Made by a program: the position numbers and the translations under genes | Notes under the pieces: generated by a model | Told to the model about the DNA's origin: nothing | What the model saw: only the letters and a program-made list of their open reading frames with translations | The model's database searches: none | Assembly: GCA_028534125.1 (NCBI GenBank) | Contig: CM052817.1 | Span: 51,462,001-51,526,000 of the forward strand | DNA: 64,000 nt | Source: Lama glama | Taxonomy: Eukaryota | Reading direction: 5' to 3' | Part shown: one piece after another, positions 22,861 to 37,459 of the stretch | Layout: every line of letters starts with the position of its first letter | How positions within the stretch are numbered: position 1 is the first letter of the stretch

Positions 22861-22989
22861 GAACCCTCATTCATTGCAGGTGCCCATAGAACTTGAATAG
22901 AAGTTGAAACAGTGAGCTGGAGTTTTTCCTCAGTTATTTATATATTGTTTGTATTACACTGGATTATATTACATTGAAGATAATATAAA

Positions 22990-23430
22990 AAACTGTCCTA
23001 CATTGACTTAAAAAGTAGAGGACTTAAAAAAGTTTTGAGAAAGAAGTTTCAGGGTAGATATCTGGTGGTTTGGGTTCAGTGGCTTAATGATGTCAGGACA
23101 GGTGTCCTTGTGACTTTTTTGGCCTCACTCTCAATCTTATTGCCTCCTGGTTGCAAGAAGGCTGATGCATCTTTAAGCATCACATTCAGTTCAGAACAAG
23201 AAGAAGAAGGGAAAAAGAAGAGCCAAGAATCATGTCAGCTAGACTATTCCTTCCTAAGACAACAAGATTTTCCCAGAAACTGGCAAGCAGATTTCTGTTT
23301 TTTATAGCTCACTGGCCAGACCTATGTAACAAGGCCCTTCAATTCAGTGGAGGCTAAGATTATAGAAAGATGATGATCATTATTTGCTAAGGCCAGTCAT
23401 GACCCATTGTCTGGTGCTAGGCACATTGCC
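22990..23430. mobile_element. Ancient LTR relic (LTR33/MLT1-like)
   Basis: 'ggttgcaagaaggctgatgca...agcatcacatt...ttttcccagaaac...gcagatttc...gctcactggccagac' resembles recalled ERVL/MaLR LTR motifs. Confidence 0.55.
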
Positions 23431-24719
23431 ACTCCAAACACAAGTGAGTTTCTGATATTAAGGAGGGAGAAAGGATGTGAGTAACTAATGGGCATAAGAT
23501 AGCACCTGCTACAATAACATTGAAAAGTGAAAATACTTTTATTTTATTTTACTTTATTTCCTTTTTTTCTTTTCCTTTACACATGTTGTAAAAGGATAAA
23601 TAGTCAACCACTGAGGTTATATTTTGACCAAAACCAGATTTTAGGCACCAGGTTAACTAGGCAAAAACGATTGCTACTAGATCATCAGTCTTGTACCCTG
23701 TAAAGATACATAATTTATTGTATTTTAAAAGGCTGACTTAAAAATTACTTCCCTGCTAGCTACTTTGAAATGGATAGTTACAGCTGGGTACTAAAGTGTT
23801 TATGTTCAGTCACCTTAAATTAGTGGGCACAGTATTTGTTTGTACTTCTGTCTATATTGCTTTGTATTTTGACTAATTCTTGATGATAAATCATTATCCA
23901 AAGATTTCTTATAATATAATTTTTTTAAATTTTAGGTAAAAGAATTTTTCTGTAGTGTTTACATCAGAATTCAATTTTGACTAAGCCACAAGACTGACTG
24001 ACATGGGGATAATGATTCAAGTTGCCAGCAAAATTTGGGTCATTTCTCATTTCACAAAAGGGCTACTGGACCACCTGGTTGTTTGCTTGTTTTTGGAAAT
24101 GCCATCACCTTAAATTCAGACTAAATTTGTGCAAGTTTTTCAGTGTTTCAGTGCATGTTCAGATCTAATCATCATTTATCCGACCCTGAAGGCTAGAAAA
24201 CTAATTATTATATAGATTGTTTTGCAGTTTGATCTATTTCAGTCAAATGTTAGGGGCAATCAGGGACTGAGATAAGGATTCACGCCAGATGAAGAATCAG
24301 CTTTGCATACTTTTTCCATTCTGTTTTTATGTACTTTTTGACATCTAAGGACAAAATATATTCAGACAAACATATACCCTGTTTTGCCCCAAATAGCATG
24401 GCTTAAAGCATAATGAAAAACAAAATAAAAAATTAAGAAAAAAGGTTCATTGTTACTGTTTTGCTTTCTGAAATCTTGTAACTTACTGTTGGAAATTTGA
24501 CTCTAAATTGTGATTTCCCCAGAAAAACTAATATTTGCTATGTTTAGATTAAAAGATCTGAAGATTTCCATCTTATATACAGTAACATTAGTGCATTAGG
24601 GAGATACTGGCTTCTGTAACATGTTTTTCAAAATTCATTGATTTAGTAAAACTCATTTCTATGTAGAAATTAAGAGTTTCAAAGGAGAGAACATTTGGAT
24701 TCAGTTCAATATTGGGGCA

Positions 24720-24910
24720 AGTGTGATATAGAAGCAAGAGAAAGAGTTTTAGAGTCAGATGGTTTTGGATTCCAGTTATGAGCTTATTACCTCTGTAACC
24801 TTGGATGACTGTCCCATTTAACTTTTCTCAAGTTCAATTTCCTCATCTGTAAAATGGAGAGAATAACATACTAAAGGATCGTTGTTAGGATTAAGTGGGT
24901 ATAATGTTTA
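24720..24910 (+). mobile_element. MIR SINE
   Basis: 'ttttagagtcagat...ggattccag...ctgtaaccttgg...tttcctcatctgtaaaatggagagaataac...gttgttaggattaag'. Confidence 0.85.
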
Positions 24911-25962
24911 TTGAATACAGATACATACAATTTTATTAGTTTTCATCACTGATATTACAAAGATGAAAATTGGGACCCTCAAAGTAAAATCACTTCCACG
25001 AGCTGACACAGTAGCAAAGCAGAACCATAGGACTAATGAATATTCTCGATGCAACAAACCATTCTCACAGAGAGTTGTGAATAAGCACATTTATTTCAAG
25101 ATTTAGGATTTATACTCCTTTGTAAGGAATAGCTTCATATGTTATCCACATACATTGTGGCGTGGAACTGAGCGGGGGTTGAGTGAGTGTATTCTGTGAT
25201 AGGATGATTTTCAAGCCTATTATGTCATTTAATGTTGACTTTTCTCTTTAAAATAAAAAACAATATGTAAGATTTAACAAGTTTGGTTACCATACCTGAC
25301 AAAGTAGCCACTGAAAACCATATGGTTTCGCTCTTTTCATGCCATGTGTCCTGTGAGTGGAGCAGACTGCTCATTAGTCACAATTTAGCTGTCAGTGGAT
25401 TTCAGTGTTACCTTTGCCTAAACACTTTGTATGGACTAACCAGTGGATACTAATTCTCAGTTCCCCTTTGCCACTTCCCTGAGTTTTTACTTTTAGAGTA
25501 TATTGACCATTCAAAATCTTTAGTATGCATTTCTAATTGATTTTTGCTTCCCTTAAAGTTGTATGCTTCATAATATGAATATTCTACTCCTCAGTTTTCA
25601 AAGAAAGTGGCTAAAACTTCTTTGTTTATGATGATGAAAACTATTTTGAAACAAAATGAACAAAAAGAGGCAAAAAAAATGAGCAGAGGTGAATTTATTT
25701 TTAAACATATAATTAAAAGCAATGGTTATTCCTCTGAGGCAACAATGAGTATAATATATTAAGATTGAAAGGGAAAACAACAATCATCTATCTTTGATAT
25801 CACTTTGAAGATAAACAATCTGATAGTTTAAGTGACTCAGTTTGAAGTGTCATTGGAATTCTGTAAGTAGAATATGGGAAGTATCAAGACACGATAGAAG
25901 GAGAATAGACTTCGGGAATAAGAGAGACTGGAGTTTGCCTTCAGATTCTGCCACTTCACAGT

Positions 25963-26350
25963 TGTATCAGTTAGGATGTCTTCCTCTGCAAATAGCAGCA
26001 AGTCACTTCCCCACTGGATTAAGCAACAAAAGTGATTATTTCCCGTATAGCAGAAAGTCCTAAGAGAGGCAAGTTTCAAATTTAGATGGATTAGCGACTC
26101 TGTGATATAATTTGGAACCGGATACGTTTCATCCCTTCACCCTGCCAACGCTGATCTGTAGGCTTTGCTCGCCCGCTGACTCTCCTTATTCGCTCTAGAT
26201 GGCTGCATCAGTTCCAGGAAACACACTCGTGCCCAGCAACTTTCAAGGCAGCCAGGAGTTTCCTTTTCTAATGTTTTCTTCTCAAAAACTCCTTTCCCTT
26301 GCGGATCACCTTCACAGCTCATTGGACAGAACTGAATCAGTGGTAAGGCC
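25963..26350. mobile_element. Ancient LTR relic (LTR33/MLT1-like)
   Basis: Starts 'tgtatcagttaggatg' and contains 'agatggctgcatcagttccagg' and 'ctcattggacagaactg'. Confidence 0.55.
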
Positions 26351-26429
26351 ACATAATTGAAACTGAAATAATAAGTTCAGCATTGCTAAACTGTGGAAAG
26401 AGAAAGAGGGAAAAACCTGAATGAAACTG

Positions 26430-27100
26430 GAGAAGAAAATAGAGACCAGTATTCTGGAAGAATTTATATTAAAAACAGTAAGACACAACTGCAAGGTTTG
26501 AAGTAGGGAAGTGACATGACCACATTGGTGGCTTCAAAAGGTCTTTCTGGATGCAGTATTTTGTAGATATTTTCAGGAATTATGCCTCTCTACTGAGAAA
26601 CCAGTTAGGAGATTTTTTTCAAGTGAAAATTTATGGCAAGGATACGACTGGATTGGTTATGCTGTGAAATGAAACAGCAGGCAGTTCAGAGAGTTATATA
26701 CAGACTAGAGTGAGAATTGGGATTTGGTTACTGATTCAATGTGGAGATAGAGGTGAAGGAAGACAAAGGTGACTCAGATTTCTGGATGGAACAACTCTTT
26801 CTATGGCATTGCATTCACTGAAATAGGGAACATAGGAGGAAGATTTTTTTTTTTTAACAGGGAAGATAATTTGTTCATTTTGAGACAAGTTGAATTTGGA
26901 ATGGCTGCATGTCATGAATGTGTTAATAACTAGCAGACACTTTTATAAGTGGATAGGAATTTCAGGAGAGAGAAATGGATAAGATATATGTATTTGAGGG
27001 GTTATTAACATTTACATTACAACTGAAGACTTGGAAGTTTGTGAGCTCCTCTACAGGGGTCCTTACATAGAAGATACATGAGAGAGATGGTAATTTCACC
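26430..27100 (-). mobile_element. L2 fragment
   Basis: 'gaagtagggaagtgacatgac...gaaaccagttaggag...tggcattgcattcactgaaatagggaacataggaggaag...ttcattttgagacaagttgaatttg'. Confidence 0.75.
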
Positions 27101-30031
27101 TTTAAAACCCAGCAGCCAACAAACAAAAAAATAAATATCCTAGTCATTCTCCAACCTGAATAGTCTTATTCAGTTATGTATGGACTGGTGCCAAGACATT
27201 TGTTCTTTCCAAAAGGTTCTTTTTTTTTATTCCTGTTTTAAGTCCTAGTCAAGAATCATTGGTGTAGAATGAAAGCGAAGACAGTCCACAAAGATAGAGT
27301 ATTGATCGAAGCCAGGGTTTGAATGGTTGTTAGAGGAAGAGTAGCTTATAATGAAAACATATAGCCAGAGAGATAAAAGAAAACCATAGAAATATGTTGC
27401 CACTGAAGGTGAAAGGTGAGAGAGAGTGTTCGTGGAGGTCATGACCATATGCTAGCAAAACGTAAGGAAAACCAGCAAATCAGAGCTCCATGATTATCAC
27501 AAGTTTTCAGAACCAGTCTTCTAGATTTTTCTCAAGCAGTGTTTGACAGCCATGATTCATGTACAAATAAGTAAAGTAGGTTCATTCATGATTAGGGTTT
27601 ACTTCATGACCTTTGGATGTGCTGGGGAGATAGGTGGCTGTAATCAAGGTAGCCTGTGTCTAGGCTCTAAGTGAGGGACTTGGTTGCAGGAAGCTATAAG
27701 CAAGGCTCATGATCTGTCATGAAGGCCCTGGTTGTTGCCTCATATTTTCTTCCTTCCTTGATTTCCCTGCTGGGGCTACAAGTGAGACTGCAGACTGTCA
27801 GGATTCTGTTGATCCTCTAGGTTTTTGAGATTATTAAATGAAGGAACATATATAGGTTGCCTGGTAGAGCACTTGACACATAGTAAACACTGAATACATT
27901 CCTTTCCTCATATTCTTTCTTCTTTTTCTAAGAAAGGTTATACAATTAGGTTGCTCAGATTTGCAAAAGAAATGAATACTCTCCCATTCATTGTCTGTGG
28001 AAATACAGTTGGTTATAGATTCTTGTTTTCAAGTAAAGATGCCAGAAATCTGTGTAACACCCTAAACCTAAAACATAGTTTTTACCAAATTTACAAATTT
28101 ACTTTTCCAATGGGAAACACATGGCTTCTTTCTCTGCACTCCTTTTGCCAACTGTTCTTTGTTCCCTGCAGCAGTTGTCAAATTATAAAATTCAGCCTAG
28201 AAGCAAGAAATCACATCTGTGCTGAATGGTACCATGGAGAGAGGCTGGACAGCTGTATATCTGGGGTTTATTCCCACAGATTAGTTAAATGTGTGCTATA
28301 ATTGAATCCGATAGCTTTTCTGATATCGTTAAATGGGAATCAACAAGCAAGCATCCATCAAAACTCTCCTGTATTCAGTGCCTTTGGAGAAGAGTACCAT
28401 CCTATCTGCTGCGAATCCAGATTATTCTCTCTACACTGTGGTGGAGGTCCGACTACCATTATAATTGTGTTTGTTTGTTGATATGAAGATCATAGGGGAA
28501 GAGAAGCAATATAAGATGAAGACCATGTCCTGTGACTCTTCTTCACCTCATGTCATCGAGGATCGCACTTTTCTTTCAAGGCGTTGCCCCCTGATGACAA
28601 TGGGACTGAGTAACCTTGAGCTGTCATCAAGACACATTCATCCCAGTGCATCATTGTCCTTTTTTTTGCTTTTTGTGACTAATGTTGGCAAGATATTAAG
28701 GAGGAAGCAATGGAGTCAGAGTGATTCACAGCAAGTTATGAATATTTGAATATTATAACCATTAAAGAGCATATTTGAATACTTAACTCCAATTAATCTT
28801 TAATTGTTAGAATGTGTGAAGTTGAGGCCTTAGAAGTGTTTTGGTGCATATTCCATCTTACTCATTCTGCCTTCCCCTTGTGCTCTTGAATCCCAGCAAA
28901 AAGTGTAGTTAGCAACCCTCTGGCTTTTCTGAAAGTAAATTCTTTAAAAGCTTTTCTATGTTTTTTTTAAGAAAGCATTAAAATTATTAGTGCATAGTAA
29001 TAAAAATAAAACATACTTAACATTAGTTTGGATTGTTTCCTATTATAATCTGTTATTTGGTTGGGCAGTTAACTGATTTTTACTTATTAAAAAGTTCCTG
29101 TATTCTGGAGTCTTTCTTTTTCCTGCATTAACTTTAGGAATTTGCAATAGACTAAGTACTCATTGACCTCTGTAGAGTTATTTCTCTCAGAGAATCAGTC
29201 TTCTTAATTACTGATTAGAACACAAACCAATATGCCCATCTTCATTGTAATTATACAATGGCTAAAGGAAAATGACCTTGAAGACTGTCTCTCAGTTTAA
29301 TGGTGTGGTTTCATTTTAAAATATAAATAATAGAATAAAAATATTTTCCATAAAATTTCTGATATCTAATTAATGTCTTTCAGAGTAACTGTGGTATCAA
29401 ACATTTCCTCTAATTATATTCATTAGTGGCTTCTCCTGGACAAGTTTTAATTAAGTTGTACAACGATGATCAATACTCATTTTGTATTCATTGCAGTTTA
29501 CAACAAGCATATACAGTTCAGAACAATTTAATTACTGTAATTGTGGCACAGAAGATACTTAGTGACTGTGCTTCATTGCTGCCAAACCCCCTTTTAATAA
29601 ATTCAGTAATGAAATTGGAAAAGGAAATTCTGAAAATTCACATTTATATATAAGCTATGTCTAAACTGGTTTTGATGTTAGTAGCTTAAGTAATGGAGGG
29701 AATGGAGGCATTAATAACATCAGTGGCATAGTGTTTTTTTTCATACATACCATCATGAATATTGAGAAATTATTAGAGTATAAATAAGAACACTTGTAAT
29801 AATAGTTACATTAATTACTAAAAATAATTTAGGGATGTTAGGTAATCAGAATACTCTATTTTGTCTCTAAATAAGACTTCAATTTTTATTACTTTCATTT
29901 CCTTAAATAGGAGTAGTATTTTGATTCATAAGGAATGCTTCTGAATATGTGAACTTCTATTAATGAAGATTGTGCTACAGGTGCATTTTACAAGGAAGGT
30001 AGAGATTTTCTAGCAGCATCATGGATGTATA

Positions 30032-30246
30032 CCAGGCTTTCTCAGCTTTGGCACTAGTGGAATTTGGGCCAAATAATTCTTTCCTGGGGAGTGGGAGAAC
30101 TTTTGCTGTGCATGAAGGAGGTTTAGTCAGTTGCAAGCCTGGTTTCCTCCCATGAGATACCGGTAGCAAATACTCCCTCTACCTTCCACTTTTGACAATC
30201 AAAAATGTCTCCAGACATTATCAGATGCCCATGTTGAGAACCACTG
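30032..30246. mobile_element. MER20 (hAT-Charlie) DNA transposon relic
   Basis: 'ttctcagctttggcactagtggaatttgggccaaataattcttt...gacaatcaaaaatgtctccagacatt...gttgagaaccactg'. Confidence 0.85.
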
Positions 30247-30289
30247 ATGTGTGTTGATTCAGCCACACCCTCCTGATCTGCCCACTGAC

Positions 30290-30620
30290 CAAATGATTCA
30301 TTCATAAGACAAATGGCTATTCTGCTGTTCTGAGTGCAGGCTACGTTCATAGGCATGAGTCAAACATGGTGTTCTTTTAAGGAACAGTACAACTCTATGT
30401 ATTCCCTGTTTTGGAGATTAAACTCAGATGTTAATAAAATGTTCAATAATACTACCTTACCTAGATTTAGGAAAAGGAGAATCAGAGACGGCTTCCTGGA
30501 GAAGGCAATTCCTGAAATACATTTTGAAGGACAAATGAAGAGTTAGCATTCACAACAGGAGAAGGGTATTTGAGATAGCCAAAGCAGCACATGCAAAGCT
30601 TGGAGGTAAAAGAACACTCT
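30290..30620 (-). mobile_element. L2 fragments
   Basis: 'attcattcata...' and 'aatcagagacggcttcctggagaagg...ttttgaaggacaaatgaagagttagc...gcagcacatgcaaagcttggagg'. Confidence 0.65.
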
Positions 30621-32488
30621 ATCTGTATCTGTCTATCTACCTATTTAATTTTAGATGGTTCTAATTTTAGATAGTTGTTTTCCCAGAGGCATCAAATCTC
30701 AATTTTCTCTGCATTATATGAACAAAATTATAATATAGTACTCTGTCGGTAATTACCTACAACACCTAACTTTTCTCTTTTTTCTCAGTTTCCAACTCAG
30801 TAATGGTATATGTAAATATCTGCTTTGCATTGTGAATTTTTTTAAAATCATTTGATTTTAGGAGGAAAGCAATTTTAGACAGTAGTGAAATGTGACATTC
30901 ATGTATTTCCTGTAAACCTCCTAATCCGTTTATCTGAAGAAAACCTTTTGACAAGTTCATCAAAAGGAAGATAATAATACATTCCTACTGTTATTTTCAT
31001 GTGTTTAGTAATGTACTCCAGTATTGAAAACTGCCAATAAATTGTGTTAACAGCCAAGCTAGTATTTTGAGGTCATTCATTTACTTTCACACATATATAT
31101 TTTCTAAACCAAAAGAGTAAAAATGGTCATTTAAAGTTAATTCAAATGAGGGTCACTAAATTTTAGAAAGACTTCTAGAATTCTGTTGGTAATAATGAAT
31201 ATTTCAAGATGCACATATTATTAAGAGATCTCCTAGGAATGCTGTGTTTCTTATGGCAGGCTAGTTATGAATTCCTAGAATTCCTATGCACATCAGTTCG
31301 CCACCACAGGATTCAGTTCAGTATGACTGCCATCACGGTAGAAGACCTTTAGTTTGCTCATTTGTGCTACTTTATCTAGTCTACGCAGAGAGGCTGCCGC
31401 TCAATATCAAAGGTGAGTCAAATGAGTCATAAAGACGAATAAACAGAACGATTTAGGTTCTGCATTCCCCTGATATTTAGTCATGTCTAGACACAGCCCT
31501 AGTGCCCCAGAAAAAACTAAAATGAGGACAAGTACATTTAAGTTTAATGTAGCCTTATTCCCATAGAAACCAGAAAAGCCAACAGTAGAGTAAAAAGATG
31601 AGAGTACAGATCTATCTGAAAAATTAGATTTAGTAGTGTGATTGGCAGATATGCAAGGTTAGTGGGTAGTGAAACAGTTTGGGTTTGTTTGCTTTTGGTT
31701 TTTGCTGTTTTAAATGATAGCTTTCTCATTTATATGTTTCCTCTAAAAAATAATAATTCCACAAATTATTTATTATTTTGTTCCCTAAAGCCAGTATGGT
31801 GTGTGTAAGCTAAAGTTGATACATGTTTTATTGGCATGCATTTTTATTAAGAGCTCAGAACTTAATGAGGAAAAGAAACAAGTATGTGTATATGTTATAG
31901 TATTGAGTATGTATCTTTTTTAAACTTTTAAGTTTTTGATTTATTCTTACAGTAATAATTTTAATACAGACTGTTACCTTAGTGTATAAAATATGTATGT
32001 TTGCATATGTGATATGAAATAGGGTTAAATGCATATAATTTCCATAGCATGTAGAAAAATTGTTCCAGTGGTGATCTTGATTTCCTTGGTCATAATAATT
32101 TTATGTTCTCTTGTTGAAGTTTTATAACACATTTCTCAGCCTATCAACTGTTAAACCTTTAGTACACCAGGCATACCCTTGCAGATAGAACCATCTTTTT
32201 TAGAGCTGCTGACATTTCAAGATCCTGGCTCTTGAATGCAGTTAGAGGAAGTTTCAGTAGGTCTGACTAGAGTTAATCCAGTTGTTTCCCTTTTGGGTCC
32301 AAATGCCCAGAGTGCCTCAGCTCTACAGCATGCCAGGTAGATCCATTTGGTTTAGGTATAATACATTAAAAGATAATGATCTGTGATCTATATGTAAAGC
32401 ATTTTGACTACACAGCACCCTTTAAACTACTTTAATTTCACAGGGACAGTAGGTGAACCTGTTGAAATGTAAATTCCGTATTCCATGA

Positions 32489-32552
32489 GTGTGTGTGTGT
32501 GTGTGTGTATTTGTGTGTATATGTGTGTGTGAGTGTGGGTGTATGTATATGT
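32489..32552. repeat. (TG)n microsatellite, interrupted
   Basis: Seen directly. Confidence 0.85.
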
Positions 32553-33345
32553 ACCTACTTTTCCATGGCTTCCTTTTGCAATGATGATGTAGATTTACAT
32601 TCTGGGAATTACAAATATTTTAGGATATCCAACCATAATTGAGGTCTGCCTTTCAGAAATTTAGCTAATAGTCCTATAAGAATCTCATTTTGGACTATAG
32701 TTACAAAATAAGTAGAAAATATCTTTGGGAGTGCAGTGGGCACTTAACTATAGCAACAACCTTAGAGCTGCTGCAGTTTTCTAGGCTTGGTTATTAAGGG
32801 TCTGTAGACTTATTTCTTAATTAAATTTGCAATTTGGATTACAGATTTTGGTTAATGTCACAAAAAATGTTACAAGCTTGGGAATAGTTTATTGCTGCTT
32901 AATGTAAATTATTTGTTAACTGCTTCATAACAGCTTTCCAAAAGAAAATGGACTTTATTGAGCCACAGTTTTATGGCTGAAGTTTAATCCTAAGACCTAG
33001 AGCCTTTTAAAACAATGGCATGGCCCTCATGGTTATCTGTGGACCTTTCATTTTTTTCTTTTTCTTATTAATTATTTTCTTTTATTCTCGTTTGACAGAA
33101 AAAAGCACTTAGGGTAATGACTTGTTTACATATTTTTGCTGTAATTGTTCTCCAAATGGTTATTCAAAAATCACTTGTTCTCTTGCATCCTAATAATGTT
33201 TTCTTTGAATTATAACTCTTGCATTCATCATATGAGTGCTTAATCTACTTTCAGTCATGTGAGCAATTTGTACTTTTAATAACACTATGAAAACAATGAT
33301 GTATATTTATATATTTGACTAAGCTTTGTGTTCTTTCTCTTTTAG

Positions 33346-33410
33346 TGAATTTGTTGGATTCGCGGACTGTCATGGGGGACCTGGGATGGATTGCTTTTCC
33401 AAAAAATGGG
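33346..33410 (+). CDS. EPHA5: EPH receptor A5, exon 2 (65 nt, start of the ephrin ligand-binding domain)
   Basis: Polypyrimidine tract ttctttctcttttag, then (V)[21 protein letters not shown], then GGG|GTAAGC donor. This is the typical Eph EVNLLDS...LGW motif. Branch-point-like TTGACTAAG at 33315-33323. Too short for the ORF track. Confidence 0.97.
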
Positions 33411-35889
33411 GTAAGCCTTATGAAATTTTCCCTGCAACTGAAACTTCATGAATAAACATCATCTTAAATGTCACATAATTGAAAACTCTCTGGACATATT
33501 TGTTGTTAAGATATGAGGGCTGTGTGTGTGAAGGGCCAGAGGAGACCTCAGATTAGCTCTGGCTAGGAAAAGCAGGCAAATAGGGAAGAGATTTTAATGA
33601 CTGAATAACAAATGTATTATTTTCCTTGCTGGATATTTCCCTGTGAAGAAATGGGAAGTTTCCTTCAGCATTCAAGTTGAAGCAGCCAACACATTTTTGG
33701 AATTGGTCTATCTTTAAAAAAAGAGCTTAAAAGAAAAAAACATTTGCTGCTGATTTGCCCTTATCCTGTTTATACTGAATAGGAAATAAAAGTTAACATG
33801 TCAATGACCAGTGTTGAATCGACACTGGGACCAATTTATTATATGTTTCATTCACTACATTAGGGAATGAAAATATAAGAAGTTCCTTTAAATTCCATTA
33901 AGATTAAAATTTCTCACCTTATTAGTTCAGTCATCATGCAAAGGTATTCTTTTAATTCTTGAATTTTTCTCTGTTGAAAACTTTCAAAAAATATGCATCA
34001 TTGGAAGATTTTTATAATCAACCATTGTTTTTGTTAGTAAATTATTTTACTGATATACATTAAAAATAAGACCTTTGGGGTGAAAATTAGGTAAGACATT
34101 TTAAACAATATGCATATTAAAGTCTTTATAATACTACCAATCTTAATGCATAGATTATACACAAAGTATTCTATTATTTTTTGCTTACTTAAAAATACAT
34201 CCATATTATTAGATGAAAATGAAAGCATAAGTAAAATATTGTGATGTAAAATCACTGTATTACGCAGAAAACATTAACTATAATACATGACTATTATATT
34301 AAAAAACAATCTAGACTTTGAGAGATTTCTGTTATTTAGTAACTTTAATTTTTATCTTTTTTAATTTTCAAGTTAAAACTACCCAACATCGTTTTTGAAC
34401 CACCTTATGGCAAAGGCAAATGATATTTTCAATCCTCCATCTTAAGAAAATATTGTCAGACAATTTGAATACTTAAAACTTGATAATATAGTGTATATGT
34501 GCAATTAATTTAGAAAACTATGCAGACTAATAATATTTCATATGACTTTGAAGGTTAATTTCAATTTAATTAAGTAATCGAATATTCTAACAAGTGGTTA
34601 AAACAACCCAAATAGCAAAAATGTAATTTTTTTTCCAGTTGATGAGTAAACCAAATGTACTAATCAGCCCTTTACTTATGATATTATTATTTTTATAGAA
34701 ATAAAATGAGTAGTATTATTTGTTCTAATTCATAATAATTTATATGTTAACATTCTTATCTCAGTGTGCTTCCTCTTTTTTTCATTAAGCTGGTATTTCT
34801 TTTTGGTTGTTAACTATTATGGTTCCATTTAGAGATATAAATAAAATATTAAAAGTAGATTCTTAAGCTATTGGAACATAAAGAAAGGCCAAATGAGAAA
34901 AAGTTGTCCTACTCAGGTATAGCTTATGCTGACATAATGGTAAATGTTCTTATTCTGTCTCTCTTTTATCTTTCTTATGAGCTTCCTTGCTCTGTTCTTT
35001 CTTTCTCCTTCCCTTCACTTGCTACCTAAGTTTCTTTTTTTATTTCATCTTTCACTGCCCCTACACAGGTAATACTGACTACCATCCACCTATGAGAACC
35101 TGTAAAAATGTTTTGTACTCTGCATTTTTTCATATATCAAAATGATTTATTACATAAATATTTTAAATTGCCCTTTCTGAGAAGATGGCTGACATGTTGC
35201 GTTGAAATTAATTTTTTAAAAGTCTGAGAAGATATGTCATTCTCTGCAAATCTCTTTGCATTTAGTTCTATGTTTCTCCTGTTTTTATTCAGAAGTTATT
35301 TAGAAAGGGTTTTACTGAGTGTAACTGTGAGAGTAAATCTGATGTTGCACTTGTTCTTGCAACTAGACATTTTGGGGGAAGTTACTCAATTTTGTATGTG
35401 ATTTCTGTATGAAGCACAATTAAGTCCTTTATAGAAACATAATCTTTTGTATCAGGGATGGACTATTTCCAGTCATTTTAACAATTTCCTGGTTTGTTTT
35501 TCTTTCTGTTATAATTGTTAGTGTAGTCTTAATTTTGTTCAGATTTTTCAATGAGAATTTTTCAAAATTCTTATAATTTTTTGAGTCATGTTCCTTTTGA
35601 CATAGCTAATGGCTGATGTTAATGTTGAAGAAAAAGAAGTTAAATTAGAGAAATTTAGTAAATGTGCACTTACCCAAGTATGAGGAATATGTGCAGAGTC
35701 CAGGTGTTCTATTTTGTGTTATGTCCCCTAAACGCAAAATGAAGAAACTTTTAAAATTATATTTTAAAGAAAATAAGCATACAAAGTACAAGTATTTCCA
35801 ATAAGAAATATATATATTTTTTACAGGTTATTATTAGGCTGTGTCATTTATGATTGGATTAGCAATCTAACTCATAGGTGAAATACAGA

Positions 35890-36325
35890 TCTGCAGAGCG
35901 ATGCCAGCAAAAATTTTGGAGGAAGGGCATCTGAAAATTTTCTTCTCCATAGAAGCCATGAAAACACTGGAAAATATTGTAAGAATCAACTTTTCAGAAC
36001 TTTAGAAATAATCAAAATCTTAGAGCAATCCAGGGAGCATTTATTCAAGAAAAAAATGACCAGATCTTGTTAGAACAGCAAGTTGGTGGCATTTTAAGGT
36101 GCTCTATGTCCTTTCTTGCCTCTCCAGCTCTTTAAAGTAGCCTTGAAAAAAATAGCAATCTGTTATCAGGGTGAAAACCAGCAGGCACTAGAGTGGGCAG
36201 AGTTGGGTAGGAGATACTTCCAAGACTTGACCTCAGAGAATTATTGTTATATATAACCTGATAACTCTGTGATAGAATGCTCTTGTAAGGCTGTCTTGAC
36301 TTGATCTGACTCTGAGCTCTCCCAT
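35890..36325 (+). mobile_element. Old L1 5'-end (L1MC/L1MD-type 5' UTR) fragment
   Basis: 'aatcaacttttcagaactttagaaat...gcaatccagggagcatttattcaagaaaa...gtggcattttaa' matches a recalled old L1 5'-end consensus. Confidence 0.55.
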
Positions 36326-36914
36326 AAATAAAGAATATTCTGTTTTCATAACATTTTCCTGAACTTCAGGCCTAAAGAATGAATATTTTATTTTATTTCT
36401 TAGACTGGATAAAAAATACTGCCTTAAGTCTAGGCCTAAGAATTGGGCACGTAGTTAGGAGAAAGAAACACTTGTTCATCCCTTGTCGTCGTGCACATAC
36501 ATGTTCCATACACTTCTTAGAAGCAGTCATGGCACATGAAATACTTTTTCTATGCTTGTAAGCTTTTAGATTTCTTAAAGCTATCTCATAGTTACCACTG
36601 TCCAGTGTTTCTAAAACTTGGCTCAGTTCCTGGCGTATAATTGAACTTCAATACATATTTATTAGAAGGATAACTTCTTTTTTTTTAATTTATGAAATAG
36701 GGCATACATTACTGAGGTATCATTCTGCATAAAGATTAAGTAAGTGGGACTGAGAGTAGAGCTGGGCACAGGGTTGGCACTCAGTAAACATCCTTTCCTT
36801 GACCCTCTATTGCATTTCTATTCTCCTCATGCTAAGAGATTCACCAGTTCATCATGGGTTTTTTGTTTATTTCTTTGTTTTTGAACATAATTATATCTGT
36901 ATGAATTTATTGTC

Positions 36915-37145
36915 AGCACTTAAAGATGAGGAGATTTCACATAAAATCTGAATTCCCAGCTTCTCTGTTTAGTTGGAAGTTCCAGAAAGCCAGAGCTAGC
37001 CGCTTTCTATGATCCCGACAGCCCAGCGCTGAGTGAAGGCCGCTATTGGAAGAAAGTAAGCCAATCGCCCCGTTTGACTCAGTTTCTGCCTGATTCTCTT
37101 CACTCATTGAAGCTGAAGCTGCCAGTCTGCAACGTTGGCATTATC
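36915..37145. mobile_element. MER102-like hAT element
   Basis: 'gagatttcacataaaatctgaattcccagcttctct...ttggaag...gctgagt'. Confidence 0.55.
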
Positions 37146-37459
37146 ATGGGGTCATTTTTTTCAATGTTACACAAGCATTGGGGTTTTCTTTTGTTCCAGG
37201 AGGGACTTTATTAAAAAAAAAAAAGCAACAAGAAACTTCTTTGATTGTTACATGCTGAGATGCTTTTTTCCTAGATTTTGCTTGAGTACTTCTCCTTAAT
37301 TGGGAGGTATCATTTGAATTTGGGCTTCAGCATGTGCTTTTTAGACACAGTGTATGAGACAGACTGTGTATGTCTGCCTCACAGTAACTTTTAACTCTTT
37401 TTTTTCTGTACACATCTAGAAGTACCATGTTACAGTGAGGTCTGCTTTTAAGCAAATTT

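Larger units (their letters stand above)
8059..33345 (+). other. EPHA5: EPHA5 intron 1 (25,287 bp, GT-AG, phase 1)
   Basis: Bounded by GT at 8059-8060 and AG at 33344-33345; joining the exons restores SNEVNLLDS. Confidence 0.95.

Noticed and set aside
24720..25060. Oppositely oriented MIR pair forming dsRNA
   Set aside because: Copies are too diverged to give a convincing long duplex.
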